From assembly GCA_050298595.1 (NCBI GenBank), contig JBNKUM010000094.1, positions 128,001-192,000 of the forward strand: 64,000 bases of DNA. Reading direction: 5' to 3'. The DNA comes from Gammaproteobacteria bacterium. GTDB lineage: Bacteria > Pseudomonadota > Gammaproteobacteria > GCA-001735895. Positions 9,460 through 18,987 of the stretch are shown piece after piece; the stretch's first letter is position 1, and each line of letters opens with the position of its first letter. The translations under genes and the position numbers were made by a program. The notes below the pieces were generated by a model. It saw only the letters and a program-made list of their open reading frames with translations. It was not told the DNA's origin and did no database searches.

Positions 9460-11199
9460 TCAGGGGCATTCCTCAAATATCTGGGAATGACATTTCAGGC
9501 AAATTTCTGTATCCATTTTTTTGTAGATAGTTTTAATTGCCTGAGTTTTAGAATCGAAGAAGTTACTACTACCTACATGTTTGATAAACCCAGCGCGAGC
9601 AGCAAATTCGTAAACAGAGGATTTAAGTCCGAGAAAATACAGGCCCCCACCAAGTTTCTTTAGTCGTATTTGCTCAGCTTCCAGAGCCTCTATACCTGCC
9701 AGGTCGATAAAATTGATGCCACTTCCAATAATCAAAATATGATAAATCCTTTCGTTATCGACAATGGTAGTCAATCGTTTTTGAATGTGATTGATCGACC
9801 CGAAATAGACAGACATGTCAATGCGGATAATCTTGAGTTGTGGGCATTGCTTAATGGGCTTGCTGTCAATATTGACCAGCTTGCGATGGGAGGCACCGGG
9901 TGGTTCATCAAAAGATAGCGTAGGAATTCTTGGGGTAGATGTTTTAGCCAGAAAGAAAATTAACGACAGCAAGACACCGAGATAAATGGCAAATTCCAGC
10001 TCCAGGAATAAGGTGGCAAAAAAGGTCGTCAGCAATACTGCAGATTCAGATTTACTTAAAGCCAGGGTGGTTTTTATATGGTGAACATCGACCAGGTTGT
10101 AAGCCACCAGAAGAATGACACCGCCCATTGCCGCAATTGGAAGATAAGCGGTTAGGGGAGCAATGAGTAATACTATGATCATAAGCGAGAGTGCAGCAAA
10201 AATTGCTGACATCGGTGTTCTGGCTCCCGCATCATAGTTAATACCAGAACGCGTAAAAGATCCTGACCCCGCATAACTGGAGAGGAAGCTTCCGACGGTA
10301 TTGGAAAGCCCCTGACCGATGAATTCCTGATTAGGATCGATGCGCTGGCTGGATTTTGTGGCAACCGCACGACTTATGGATACAGCTTCAATGAGACCAA
10401 GAAGTGCCACCGCAAATGCCTCAGGGGCTAACATGCGGATGGTTTCAAAGCTGAATTCAGGGACGGAGAAAGGAGGTAAGTGTGCAGGTATTTCACCGAC
10501 CAGTTTAATGCTGTCGGAATAATTTTTTAATATCAGGGCCAGAAGACTTCCAACTACCATGCCGGCGAGTAAATTCGGTATCTTTGGAGTGTATTTTTTT
10601 ACTGCCAAAGCAGAGATCAGGGTGATTATTGCTATACCAAAGAGATAGGGGTTTATATCCCCAATACCATTAAACATATCAATCCAGGTATGTAAAAAAG
10701 ATTCTCCTTTGGGTACGTAAATACCTGTAATACTCTTCATCTGGCTGGTTGCTATCAAAATTGCTGCACCAGCGGTAAATCCTATTACCACGGTATGAGA
10801 AACAAAATTAACCAGCACACCAAGTCGGGCTAAACCAAACCCCAGCTGATAGATACCGGCGAGAAAAGTAAGCGTTAGTGATAAAGAGATAAATTCAGCT
10901 GATCCGGGGTCTGCATAGTTGCTGATGGCAGAAAAGACAACGATAGAAATGGCGGTTGTAGGACCAGATACCAGATGAAAGGATGAGCCAAAAAGCGCTG
11001 CGATAATTGGGGTCACCATTGCGGTGTATAAGCCATACTCAGGAGGCAGGCCGGCAATGGTGGCAAATGCGACGCCCTGTGGTAACACAATCACGGCACC
11101 CGTAAGGCCAGCTGATAGATCAGCCTTGATAGTCTCTTTGGAAACTAACCGGAACCATTTTAAAAATGGAAGAAAACTTAATAAATTCATAGGTTGCAC
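9460..11199 (-). CDS. SulP/SLC26 inorganic anion transporter with STAS domain
   Basis: LPQGVAFATIAGLPPEYGLY, GPT, NQEFIGQG, GSFTRS, C-terminal STAS (INFIDLAG). Confidence 0.92.
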   Translation of the reverse strand: MQPMNLLSFLPFLKWFRLVSKETIKADLSAGLTGAVIVLPQGVAFATIAGLPPEYGLYTAMVTPIIAALFGSSFHLVSGPTTAISIVVFSAISNYADPGSAEFISLSLTLTFLAGIYQLGFGLARLGVLVNFVSHTVVIGFTAGAAILIATSQMKSITGIYVPKGESFLHTWIDMFNGIGDINPYLFGIAIITLISALAVKKYTPKIPNLLAGMVVGSLLALILKNYSDSIKLVGEIPAHLPPFSVPEFSFETIRMLAPEAFAVALLGLIEAVSISRAVATKSSQRIDPNQEFIGQGLSNTVGSFLSSYAGSGSFTRSGINYDAGARTPMSAIFAALSLMIIVLLIAPLTAYLPIAAMGGVILLVAYNLVDVHHIKTTLALSKSESAVLLTTFFATLFLELEFAIYLGVLLSLIFFLAKTSTPRIPTLSFDEPPGASHRKLVNIDSKPIKQCPQLKIIRIDMSVYFGSINHIQKRLTTIVDNERIYHILIIGSGINFIDLAGIEALEAEQIRLKKLGGGLYFLGLKSSVYEFAARAGFIKHVGSSNFFDSKTQAIKTIYKKMDTEICLKCHSQIFEECP

Positions 11200-11625
11200 A
11201 AATAATTATCAGAATCACCAGGCATTAGGAGCTAGGCCCTGAAACCGGGATGTGAGTGTTAATTTAAGTAGTTTCAGTCCCTTGACGCCTTTGAGAACTG
11301 ATTGATGCCTTTAAAAAATCAGATTTATCGCCAGGCTTAGGTGAATGTAGGGCCGCATACGTAAAACAGTATATTATTATAATTAAATGTTTGGTTTTTT
11401 GATAGGGATAATATCCATCCTGTGAAGAATTTATGCACATTATTTAAGTAATTATCCCCATTTTTTCAAATTACTCATCGATAAAAAGAATATGAGTAAT
11501 TTTTAACGAACACACGAGTTTTAAATGCTTCACATTATTAAGGGCATAAAAATAAGGTTGTCCCTTTCAGTAAACACTGAGCGCTAGAATCCAGGTTGAA
11601 AACAGTATGAATACCTGATTATGTG

Positions 11626-12906
11626 TTAAAAAACTAATCGGGTTGAAAGATAAAATTTTGAATATTCACTTTTCGGGTCATAGGCATAATCGATTACAAG
11701 GTCTGTCTTGACGAAGGACTTTAACTTCCAGCGCAATCCGATACCTATCGTTTGTCTCCACTCATCTTCATCGATGTAACTGGAGTCTTCGAACAGGTAG
11801 CCCATGTCTGTGAATAGCGAGGTACGCAATGAAGGCCAGCTTTCATATCCAGTAACATATTCGATATTCGCCAGATACAGGCTGTTCCCCGATATACTTC
11901 CTGACTCAATGCCGCGCAGGCTATTCGCACCACCAATCGAATAATTGAACTGATTGAAGATTTTTTCAGAGGTGAAGTCTACGATAAAGCGGATATTCAG
12001 GTTATCCAGCTGATTAAGTGGATAGTAGTAGCGTGTTTCAAAGCGTAAGCGATAAGCATTGAAATCGCTGCCTAGAAGGCTTGTGCCCTGACTCAGTTCA
12101 AGACTGTGATACCGTCCAATACGACGATAAATCTGCTCGCTCACCTTGTCATATTCGAGCTGGACTCCAAGGGTATTGTAGTCACCGGGCTCTATGGATA
12201 CGTTTTCGTCTGATCCGTCTATAGCCCTGTTGTGTAAAATCATTTTGGCGAATACCCCAACAGGTTGAGTAGTCCAGGGTGTATGCCACACTCTGCCAAC
12301 TAGAAAGGAAAACTCCCTGTTCTGATCAGTGACTGACTGAGCTGTGTCTGCCAGCAGGGTATCAGTGGATTGATAACCCCAGCGTAATTCATAGGCCAGG
12401 TTGAGAGGATTCAGCTCGTAATACGCATTGAAGCGATTAGCCGTATTTCCATTGGCATAATCTTTTTTGGATACCAGCATTGACAGGTTCTGATCAACTC
12501 CAAATAACTGATATCCGCGAAATTCGAATCCTGTATCAATATCGCCATTGCCGTTACGGCTGATCCTTGGGTAGGCAAGGAAAAACCTTTTTTCCTTGAT
12601 ATGAATAGAAATTACAGTCTGCTCGCTACATAGGCCCTGATACTCAACATTGACTTCTGAAAAGTAGCCGGTATTTAGTATTTCCTGTCGCACCTGATCT
12701 ATATCCTGCTGAGATACCTGTTGTCCTTTGTGTAGCTTCGACCACTTTAACAGATAGTCGGGTTTGATCTTCTGGTTGCCGCTAAACACAATATCCTGAA
12801 TGGTCGATTGGCAATCTGTTTCAGCAACTGCGGGAAATGGAGTTGCACTGCTCAATAACAGTAACAGGATGAGAAACTTTTGTGGGGACAAAGAAACTGG
12901 TCTCAA
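11626..12906 (-). CDS. Omp85/BamA-TamA-family outer membrane protein (single POTRA)
   Basis: Signal peptide, POTRA-like IVFSGNQKI...TGYFSEV, GGANSLRG loop motif, GIGLRW, terminal Phe. Confidence 0.8.
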   Translation of the reverse strand: MRPVSLSPQKFLILLLLLSSATPFPAVAETDCQSTIQDIVFSGNQKIKPDYLLKWSKLHKGQQVSQQDIDQVRQEILNTGYFSEVNVEYQGLCSEQTVISIHIKEKRFFLAYPRISRNGNGDIDTGFEFRGYQLFGVDQNLSMLVSKKDYANGNTANRFNAYYELNPLNLAYELRWGYQSTDTLLADTAQSVTDQNREFSFLVGRVWHTPWTTQPVGVFAKMILHNRAIDGSDENVSIEPGDYNTLGVQLEYDKVSEQIYRRIGRYHSLELSQGTSLLGSDFNAYRLRFETRYYYPLNQLDNLNIRFIVDFTSEKIFNQFNYSIGGANSLRGIESGSISGNSLYLANIEYVTGYESWPSLRTSLFTDMGYLFEDSSYIDEDEWRQTIGIGLRWKLKSFVKTDLVIDYAYDPKSEYSKFYLSTRLVF

Positions 12907-12911
12907 CTTAA

Positions 12912-13832
12912 TTACAGTGCAGGTTTAAATAAGTGAGCCTGTTGTAACACATAATCACGAAATTTTTCTGCCAATGGCGACAGGCGTTTGTCCTTACGCT
13001 GAACCAGATACCAGCTACGAATGATTGGGAACCCTTCGGCTTTGATAATCTTTAAGCGCTGCTCTTTGAGTTCATGTTCAAGCGTATGAATCGATACTAC
13101 ACCAAGGCCGAGGCCGACAGCGACAGCCTGTTTGATAGCTTCATTGCTGTTCATTTCCATGGTCGGATTTAAGGCTTTATCATTTTCATTAAAGAATCGT
13201 TCCATTGCCTGCCGGGTGCCGGAGCCGGGTTCGCGTACCACAAAGCCATGTTCCAGCAACTGATTAATAGTGGCAGGGTGCTTTTGCTGGTTTAGCTGGT
13301 GCTCAGGTGAGGCAATAACGACTAGTGGATTTTCCATAAAGGCAACGGTATGCAGGTTCATATTCTCTGGTGGCTGCCCCATCAATACGATATCGGCCTG
13401 ATTATTAGCTAGCTGTTCGATCAATCCTGCACGATTAGTCACATCAAAGCTGATATGCATGTCCGGGTTGAGTGCATTAAAACTGGCCAGTAGTCGGGTG
13501 GCAACCGCAGATACAGTGGAGGCAACTACCAGTTTTAATTTCCCCTGATGACCTTCATTGATCAGTTTAAGTTGCTGTTCAGTTTGCTCAATCTGCTGCA
13601 GTATATTGTGACTAAGCAGCAGCATTTCTTCACCGGCATCAGTGAGTTGAACCTTTCTGCCCTGTTTATTAAGCAAGGGAGTGCCCACCATTTCTTCCAG
13701 TTGTTTGACTTGCATGGATACCGCTGGTTGGGTCAGATGCAAATGCCTGGCCGCCTGAGTAAAGGTTTTATGTCTGGCGACTTCTGAGAAAACCTTAAGC
13801 TGTCTGATTGTAATATTCATGTAAAATGTCAA
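12912..13832 (-). CDS. cbbR: CbbR-type LysR regulator
   Basis: TIRQLKVF..LHLTQPAVSMQVKQLE, D(I)VLMGQPP, REPGSGTR, SNEAIKQAV: CbbR-like motifs; divergent from cbbM. Confidence 0.82.
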   Translation of the reverse strand: MTFYMNITIRQLKVFSEVARHKTFTQAARHLHLTQPAVSMQVKQLEEMVGTPLLNKQGRKVQLTDAGEEMLLLSHNILQQIEQTEQQLKLINEGHQGKLKLVVASTVSAVATRLLASFNALNPDMHISFDVTNRAGLIEQLANNQADIVLMGQPPENMNLHTVAFMENPLVVIASPEHQLNQQKHPATINQLLEHGFVVREPGSGTRQAMERFFNENDKALNPTMEMNSNEAIKQAVAVGLGLGVVSIHTLEHELKEQRLKIIKAEGFPIIRSWYLVQRKDKRLSPLAEKFRDYVLQQAHLFKPAL

Positions 13833-13929
13833 TTATTAGTTATGGTTTGATTATAATGTATTGCTTATATTTTTTATTAAAACTGTGGGCGTTACTTATA
13901 TATTTAAATCATTATCTTTGATCACCTAA

Positions 13930-14265
13930 ATGACAGCGACTGCGTTGATGCTGTCAGCCTGTGGTGGCAATGGCAATGATAACGACATTGATAACGGCAA
14001 AACTGTTGATGTCAACAAACCAGGTTTGCCAGTAGGCCTGGGCTATGAGCTGTATGTGGCTATCTCTTATCTTGACAAATACCCACTGCCAGCACAGGAC
14101 TATCTGCATTTGAATGATGGCAATGGTCATTTCAATCGCGACGAGAATCCTGTGGTGACAGCTTCAGCGGATATGGTGGCAAGCTGGATTCAACTTCATT
14201 GCTCCGAATATCAAGGGATCGTAATCATCGAATCTGTCCCCTTAAATTCTTCGCTATTAGTTTAA
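13930..14265 (+). pseudogene. Probable lipoprotein gene remnant
   Basis: LSAC-GG lipobox without a full signal peptide; short, overlaps the 3' end of the kinase, lies at the insertion boundary. Confidence 0.3.
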
Positions 14266-17157
14266 AAACGGTTTTATAAAAGCGGTTATCCCCTCAATTT
14301 CAAATCCTTTGGCCAGCTTCTGTAGTTTCTGGACAAACGGGATGTAAGCTTCATTCTCTGCTTGCAGGCGAGACAGCAACTCCTGTATTTCAAAGATCTG
14401 TCCTGTATCGGCTAATTGATACAGCTCACGCAGCTGTTCAGCGGGCGGTGTGACCATAGGTGCTTTGTCTTCGCTTTCTGCGCTGGCGTATGCCCATGTC
14501 AGTCCCAGCTGCTGTTCCAGGCAGTGGTATATCTCATCCAGGCGGTAGGGTTTGCTGATGTAGTCGTCCATTCCGGCTTTACGCATTTCCTGCTCTTCCT
14601 CAGAGAACGCCGAAGCTGTTACTGCCACAATTTTCACGTCACGACCTTCGGGAAGTGCGCGTATGCGTCGAGTGGCCTCCATGCCGTCCATGACTGGCAT
14701 ACGCCAGTCCATCCAGATCAAATCCGGCTGCCATTGCTGGAATAGCTCCACGCATTCCTCCCCATTTGATACCACCTTCACATCGAGGGAAATTCTGCTC
14801 ATGAGTTCGGTCAGAAGTAGCTGGTTTTCACTCTGATCCTCGGCGATCAGGATGCGGCGGTGAGGCTGCCCAGGAGCAAGACCTACTATGTCTCCCCTGT
14901 CGCTCTGCTCCACTTCGGCAATGGCCGCACTCTCGACCAGTTCGACAGGTAGTTCGACCCGGAACACGGAGCCTCTGCCAGGCTCACTTTCAACAACGAT
15001 AGTGCCGCCCATCAACTCAACAAACTGGTGGGTGATGGTCAGGCCCAGGCCGGTACCCTTCTGTCCCGCGCTCTGGGTCAGCTGCACGAAGGGCTGGAAG
15101 ATATGCTGCAGCCCTTCCTGATCCATACCGGGGCCGCTATCCTCGACTTCGATCAGTATATGGTAACGCTCTTTCTGCTTCACGCCCAGTCGAATGGTGA
15201 TGCCCCCGGTTTTGGTGAACTTGACCGCATTGCCGACCAGGTTGACCAGGATCTGTCGTAGCCGTGCCTCGTCGCTCCTGATTAATCGGGGGAACTCTGA
15301 CGATTGATCCAGCTTCAGTTGCAGTCCCTTCTGTTGAGCCCGCAGCCTCATCATGCCACTCACTTCCTTGATCAGTTTACTGAGGTCAAAGGTGGCGATT
15401 TCCAGTTGCAGTTTGCCCGCCTCGATTTTGGAGATCTCCAATACATCATTGATCAGATTGAGCAGGTGCTCACCGCTACGGTTGATGATGTCCAGTGTCT
15501 CGGCGTTGCTGGCCGTCACCAGAGGATCCTGCCGCATCAAGCTGGAGAAACCGAGAATGGCGTTGAGGGGAGTGCGCAATTCATGGCTCATATTGGCCAG
15601 AAAGGTGCTCTTGGCCAGATTGGCTTGCTCAGCCTGTTCTTTGGCGATCTCCAGCTGCCCTGTCCGTTCTTTGACCAGATCTTCAAGATTGTCCCGATGT
15701 TGCCTCAAGGCTTGTTCGGCCTGCTTGAGCTCAGTGATATCCATGATCGTGCCGATGACTTTACTGACCCGACCATCCTGGCGTACTGCCGTCGCCGTGG
15801 TTCGAATCCATTTGTGCTGGCCATCGGCAGAGGTAAAAGGTAATTCCAGATCGTAGGGTTCCCCCTGTTGTACGCAGCGTTGAAATGCAGCCGATACAGT
15901 GGGACGATCATTGGGGGCAAAACAGGAAAGGCTGCGCTCAAGATATTCAACCGATCCCGGGGGCTCCGGCTCGAAGCCATGGATGCGAAAAGCCTCCGCA
16001 GTCCAGAATGCGGTCTGGTGTTCGGTATCCCATTCCCATCCGCCGATTCTGGCGAGCCGTTGCGTCGCATTCAGCAGGGCTTCGCTTGCCTGCAGCGCTG
16101 CCTGGCGCGACTCCAGTGCATCGCTCATTTGTTCAAAGTCCTGCGCCAGTGCCGTCAATTCGGTAAAGCTGTCAGGAATGGAGGCCAGGGCTTTGTCCTG
16201 GCTAAAGTCTCCACTTGCCAGCGCACTGGTCCTGCGGCTAAGTTGCGTCAATGGGATGGCAACGAGCTGTTCAAGCTGGCGGCGTTGGCTCCAGGCCAGG
16301 ACCAGCCAGATGACCAGGGAGGTCAGGAGGGTCATGCCCAGTGCCAATAGATACGGGCCCATGGCGAGCAACAGCGGGGTTTGATCAACGACAACCCATC
16401 CCGAGCGCTGGATCCGGATAGCGCTACCCAGAACCAGTCTGTCAGCGTATCGATAAAACAGTGTGGCATCCCCGCTCAGCCCGCGACGAAATACCTCCAA
16501 CTGGCTCTGGTTGGTTTGTTGCTTAACCAGATCGAAGGAAGGGTGCGCCAGCAGTGTTCCGAACTGATCCAGAATGAAGATCAAGTCCTGGGTGTGTGCG
16601 CCGCTGCCGTGGGTGATTTCCTCCTGAAGTGCTCCCAGGCTCAATTCGCCAATGATCTGACCGCCCCGATCAAGCTGTCTGATCAGGTAAACCATAGGAT
16701 TGCCTGTACGAACCGATACAAAGGGCCTGGAGATGGTGAGCCTGTTCTGCTGCGTCGACTGAAGGTAAGACAGGTTGGACATATCCAGACCCTTGGAGCG
16801 CGGATCGGGAGGCGTGAGCAGTGTGATCCTGTTGCTGCTGTCCAGGTAGTAGACGGTATCAAAGTACCCGTACGCCTTCCATGTGCCTTGCATGAACGCC
16901 GACAGGTTCTCCGATACTGTAACCTCGGCGACCTGGCCTACTGCATCCAGCGTTCGAGTCGCCTGATCCAGGTAGCGGTCAACGGTTCGGGCTACCCATT
17001 GCACGGTTTGGTGTTGCCGAGCTTCCAGTCTTTGCTCTTCCAGATAGCCTGCCCCACCGATGGCGATCACACTCAACGCCACCAGTGGTACAAACAGGCG
17101 CAACAGCACTACACGTTGCAGTACTTCGGCAAGTGCAGGCGATTCTTTCTGGTTCAA
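14257..17157 (-). CDS. Hybrid sensor histidine kinase/response regulator (Cache-like, HAMP, PAS, HisKA, HATPase, REC)
   Basis: FLANMSHELRTPLNAILGF H-box, NLVGNAVKFT, GTGLGL, receiver IWMDWRMPVMDG, GGWEWD PAS; two TM helices. Confidence 0.93.
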   Translation of the reverse strand: MNQKESPALAEVLQRVVLLRLFVPLVALSVIAIGGAGYLEEQRLEARQHQTVQWVARTVDRYLDQATRTLDAVGQVAEVTVSENLSAFMQGTWKAYGYFDTVYYLDSSNRITLLTPPDPRSKGLDMSNLSYLQSTQQNRLTISRPFVSVRTGNPMVYLIRQLDRGGQIIGELSLGALQEEITHGSGAHTQDLIFILDQFGTLLAHPSFDLVKQQTNQSQLEVFRRGLSGDATLFYRYADRLVLGSAIRIQRSGWVVVDQTPLLLAMGPYLLALGMTLLTSLVIWLVLAWSQRRQLEQLVAIPLTQLSRRTSALASGDFSQDKALASIPDSFTELTALAQDFEQMSDALESRQAALQASEALLNATQRLARIGGWEWDTEHQTAFWTAEAFRIHGFEPEPPGSVEYLERSLSCFAPNDRPTVSAAFQRCVQQGEPYDLELPFTSADGQHKWIRTTATAVRQDGRVSKVIGTIMDITELKQAEQALRQHRDNLEDLVKERTGQLEIAKEQAEQANLAKSTFLANMSHELRTPLNAILGFSSLMRQDPLVTASNAETLDIINRSGEHLLNLINDVLEISKIEAGKLQLEIATFDLSKLIKEVSGMMRLRAQQKGLQLKLDQSSEFPRLIRSDEARLRQILVNLVGNAVKFTKTGGITIRLGVKQKERYHILIEVEDSGPGMDQEGLQHIFQPFVQLTQSAGQKGTGLGLTITHQFVELMGGTIVVESEPGRGSVFRVELPVELVESAAIAEVEQSDRGDIVGLAPGQPHRRILIAEDQSENQLLLTELMSRISLDVKVVSNGEECVELFQQWQPDLIWMDWRMPVMDGMEATRRIRALPEGRDVKIVAVTASAFSEEEQEMRKAGMDDYISKPYRLDEIYHCLEQQLGLTWAYASAESEDKAPMVTPPAEQLRELYQLADTGQIFEIQELLSRLQAENEAYIPFVQKLQKLAKGFEIEGITAFIKPFLN

Positions 17158-17181
17158 CAGGACGAGCCTCTCAATGTTCTG

Positions 17182-18348
17182 TTAATGTTGTATTGCTGGT
17201 GCAGCATCGATGCTGACATATTTGCCATTACGAATGGCTCCAATATGGATGGGGCGCAGTGCATCACCGTATTCATCGAAATGGACGGTGTCGCTCAGGC
17301 CCTGGAACTCCTTCATATTTATCAGGGCCTGCTTCAACCCGTCAGCGTTACCACCGGTCTCTCGCAAGGCGAGCGTCAGCACCTTGGCAGCTTCATAGCC
17401 CATTACCGCCCCGAATGAGGGCGCGCGGCCGAACTTGGACTGGTAGCGTGTTGCGAAATCCTGATAATCCGGGTTTTGCTTGTTGAATGCACTAGTTAAT
17501 TCGATTCCCATCCCTTCGACTGCTTTGCCGCCATTGTTGATCAATGTCTCTGTCTGCGCCCAGGATGTGGTATACAGCGGAATTTGCCAGTCCATCAGGC
17601 GGGCTCGCTGGGCAATCAGCGCAGTGTCGGCATCGGCCGCGATAATCAATAGCTGATCCGGATTACTCTCGCGCAGCTGGGTGATCAACGGGCTGAAGTC
17701 AGGTTGCGCCTTCGACGAAAAGCTTGTCCTCGCAACTACCTTGCCACCCAGAGACTCGAATGCTTCCGCAAAGGCATCCAGATAAGCTGTGGTATATGCT
17801 GCGTTATCCGTGCCGTAGATAACGGCGATGCGGGTTCTATTAAGATCCTGGAAGATGTGCTGAGCGGACTGGACAGCCTGAGCCGCAATGGGTTGGACGA
17901 CACGGAAAAAGTAATCATCCTTGCTACTGAGTACCGGGGTCGAGGTGGTGGGGCTAAGCATTATGACCTCGGCTGGATTTGTCACGGCCAGCCCCGCCAG
18001 TGACTGGCTGCTGGTTGGGTGTCCAATGATAGCGACTACACCAGCCTTGATCAGTGCGCGGTCAGCAGCCTGGGCACCTTCTGGCGTGCCCAGGTCATCC
18101 TGTACCAGCAGTTCAACAGGACGCCCTGCAATGCCGCCCGCCGCATTGACCTCCTCCATGGCCAACTGCACACCGTTGCGCTCCTGAACCCCCAGTTCGG
18201 CCTGGATGCCTGTGAGCTGGCCAGCAAAGCCCACGAGGACAGGTTGCTCCTTGCTGCAGTTCGTGAGAAGCAGAGCCGCTATCGCTATTAATAGAATTGA
18301 CGGTATCGAACGCCTTGGCGTCCTGTGCATTAGCTTTATCGTGTTCAT
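17182..18348 (-). CDS. Branched-chain amino acid-type (LivJ/PBP1) substrate-binding lipoprotein
   Basis: Lipobox LTNC, NAAGGIAGRPVEL..DD, IIGHPTS, FFR, DFSP, FQGLS..VHFDEYGD. Confidence 0.88.
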   Translation of the reverse strand: MNTIKLMHRTPRRSIPSILLIAIAALLLTNCSKEQPVLVGFAGQLTGIQAELGVQERNGVQLAMEEVNAAGGIAGRPVELLVQDDLGTPEGAQAADRALIKAGVVAIIGHPTSSQSLAGLAVTNPAEVIMLSPTTSTPVLSSKDDYFFRVVQPIAAQAVQSAQHIFQDLNRTRIAVIYGTDNAAYTTAYLDAFAEAFESLGGKVVARTSFSSKAQPDFSPLITQLRESNPDQLLIIAADADTALIAQRARLMDWQIPLYTTSWAQTETLINNGGKAVEGMGIELTSAFNKQNPDYQDFATRYQSKFGRAPSFGAVMGYEAAKVLTLALRETGGNADGLKQALINMKEFQGLSDTVHFDEYGDALRPIHIGAIRNGKYVSIDAAPAIQH

Positions 18349-18526
18349 CTGTTTGCCTCTACGCTATGAGTTCGCAGTTGTCTTTTCAGTATAGGAAATT
18401 TAAACCTTACTTACAGACGTCAATATAAAAAAACTAATCCAGCATTCCGTAGTTGATCGCTAATTTATGATGTAAGGTAATGATAGATGTTGAATCAATT
18501 ATTGAATTTTATCCACACCCATTTGG

Positions 18527-18626
18527 GTTTTCAGCATGGATGCTGTTATTTCGCGAATGCATGGATGCATAGAAGCGTTTTCAGCATGGATGCTGTTAAT
18601 TCGCGGATGCATATATGCATAGGAGC
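18527..18626. repeat. Two 50-bp tandem repeats, each built from CATGGATG-centred hairpins
   Basis: gttttcagcatggatgctgttatttcgcgaatgcatggatgcatagaagc / gttttcagcatggatgctgttaattcgcggatgcatatatgcataggagc. Confidence 0.85.
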
Positions 18627-18843
18627 ATGTACCCTGTAACGCTACAAAAATTTGTGAAAAATCCATGTTCAACATATGCCGTTGTGAGGCTTGAACTGTG
18701 AATAGGTCGAGCATATCAATCTGAACTGAGCTTATTAAATAAGGGAGGGCTAATTTAAGCTGCCCTTCGGTTTTTGGATAACTGGGGTTAATACAAATAG
18801 AAGTGACCAACTTTGTTTGCCACTTGAACTGATTCAAAACAGG

Positions 18844-18885
18844 TATAAGGTTTTACTTATAACTTGTATCAAAAACTATGAATAT
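18844..18885. promoter_or_regulatory. Putative CbbR-binding region upstream of cbbM
   Basis: IR TATAAG-N6-CTTATA (18844-18861) followed by AT-rich tatcaaaaactatgaata, about 130 bp upstream of cbbM. Confidence 0.45.
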
Positions 18886-18987
18886 CCTTTATTTTGATAA
18901 GAGAATATATTCTCAGCCTGTTTTTCAATAACCAGATAAAAACGCAGTTTTTTAGCTGATGCCTTAATACTTAAAGAGGAGCTCAAG

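Noticed and set aside
9460-9500. CLKCH heme-binding motif at the SulP C-terminus
   Set aside because: It follows the cytoplasmic STAS domain, out of reach of cytochrome c maturation; more likely a Cys metal site.
16381-17418. 345-aa plus-strand ORF and other long ORFs between 14416 and 16384
   Set aside because: Antisense shadows of the GC-rich kinase and binding-protein genes, with no recognisable motifs.
18499-18837. 112-aa minus-strand ORF
   Set aside because: Spans the hairpin repeats and cbbM upstream region; no RBS or protein-like motif.
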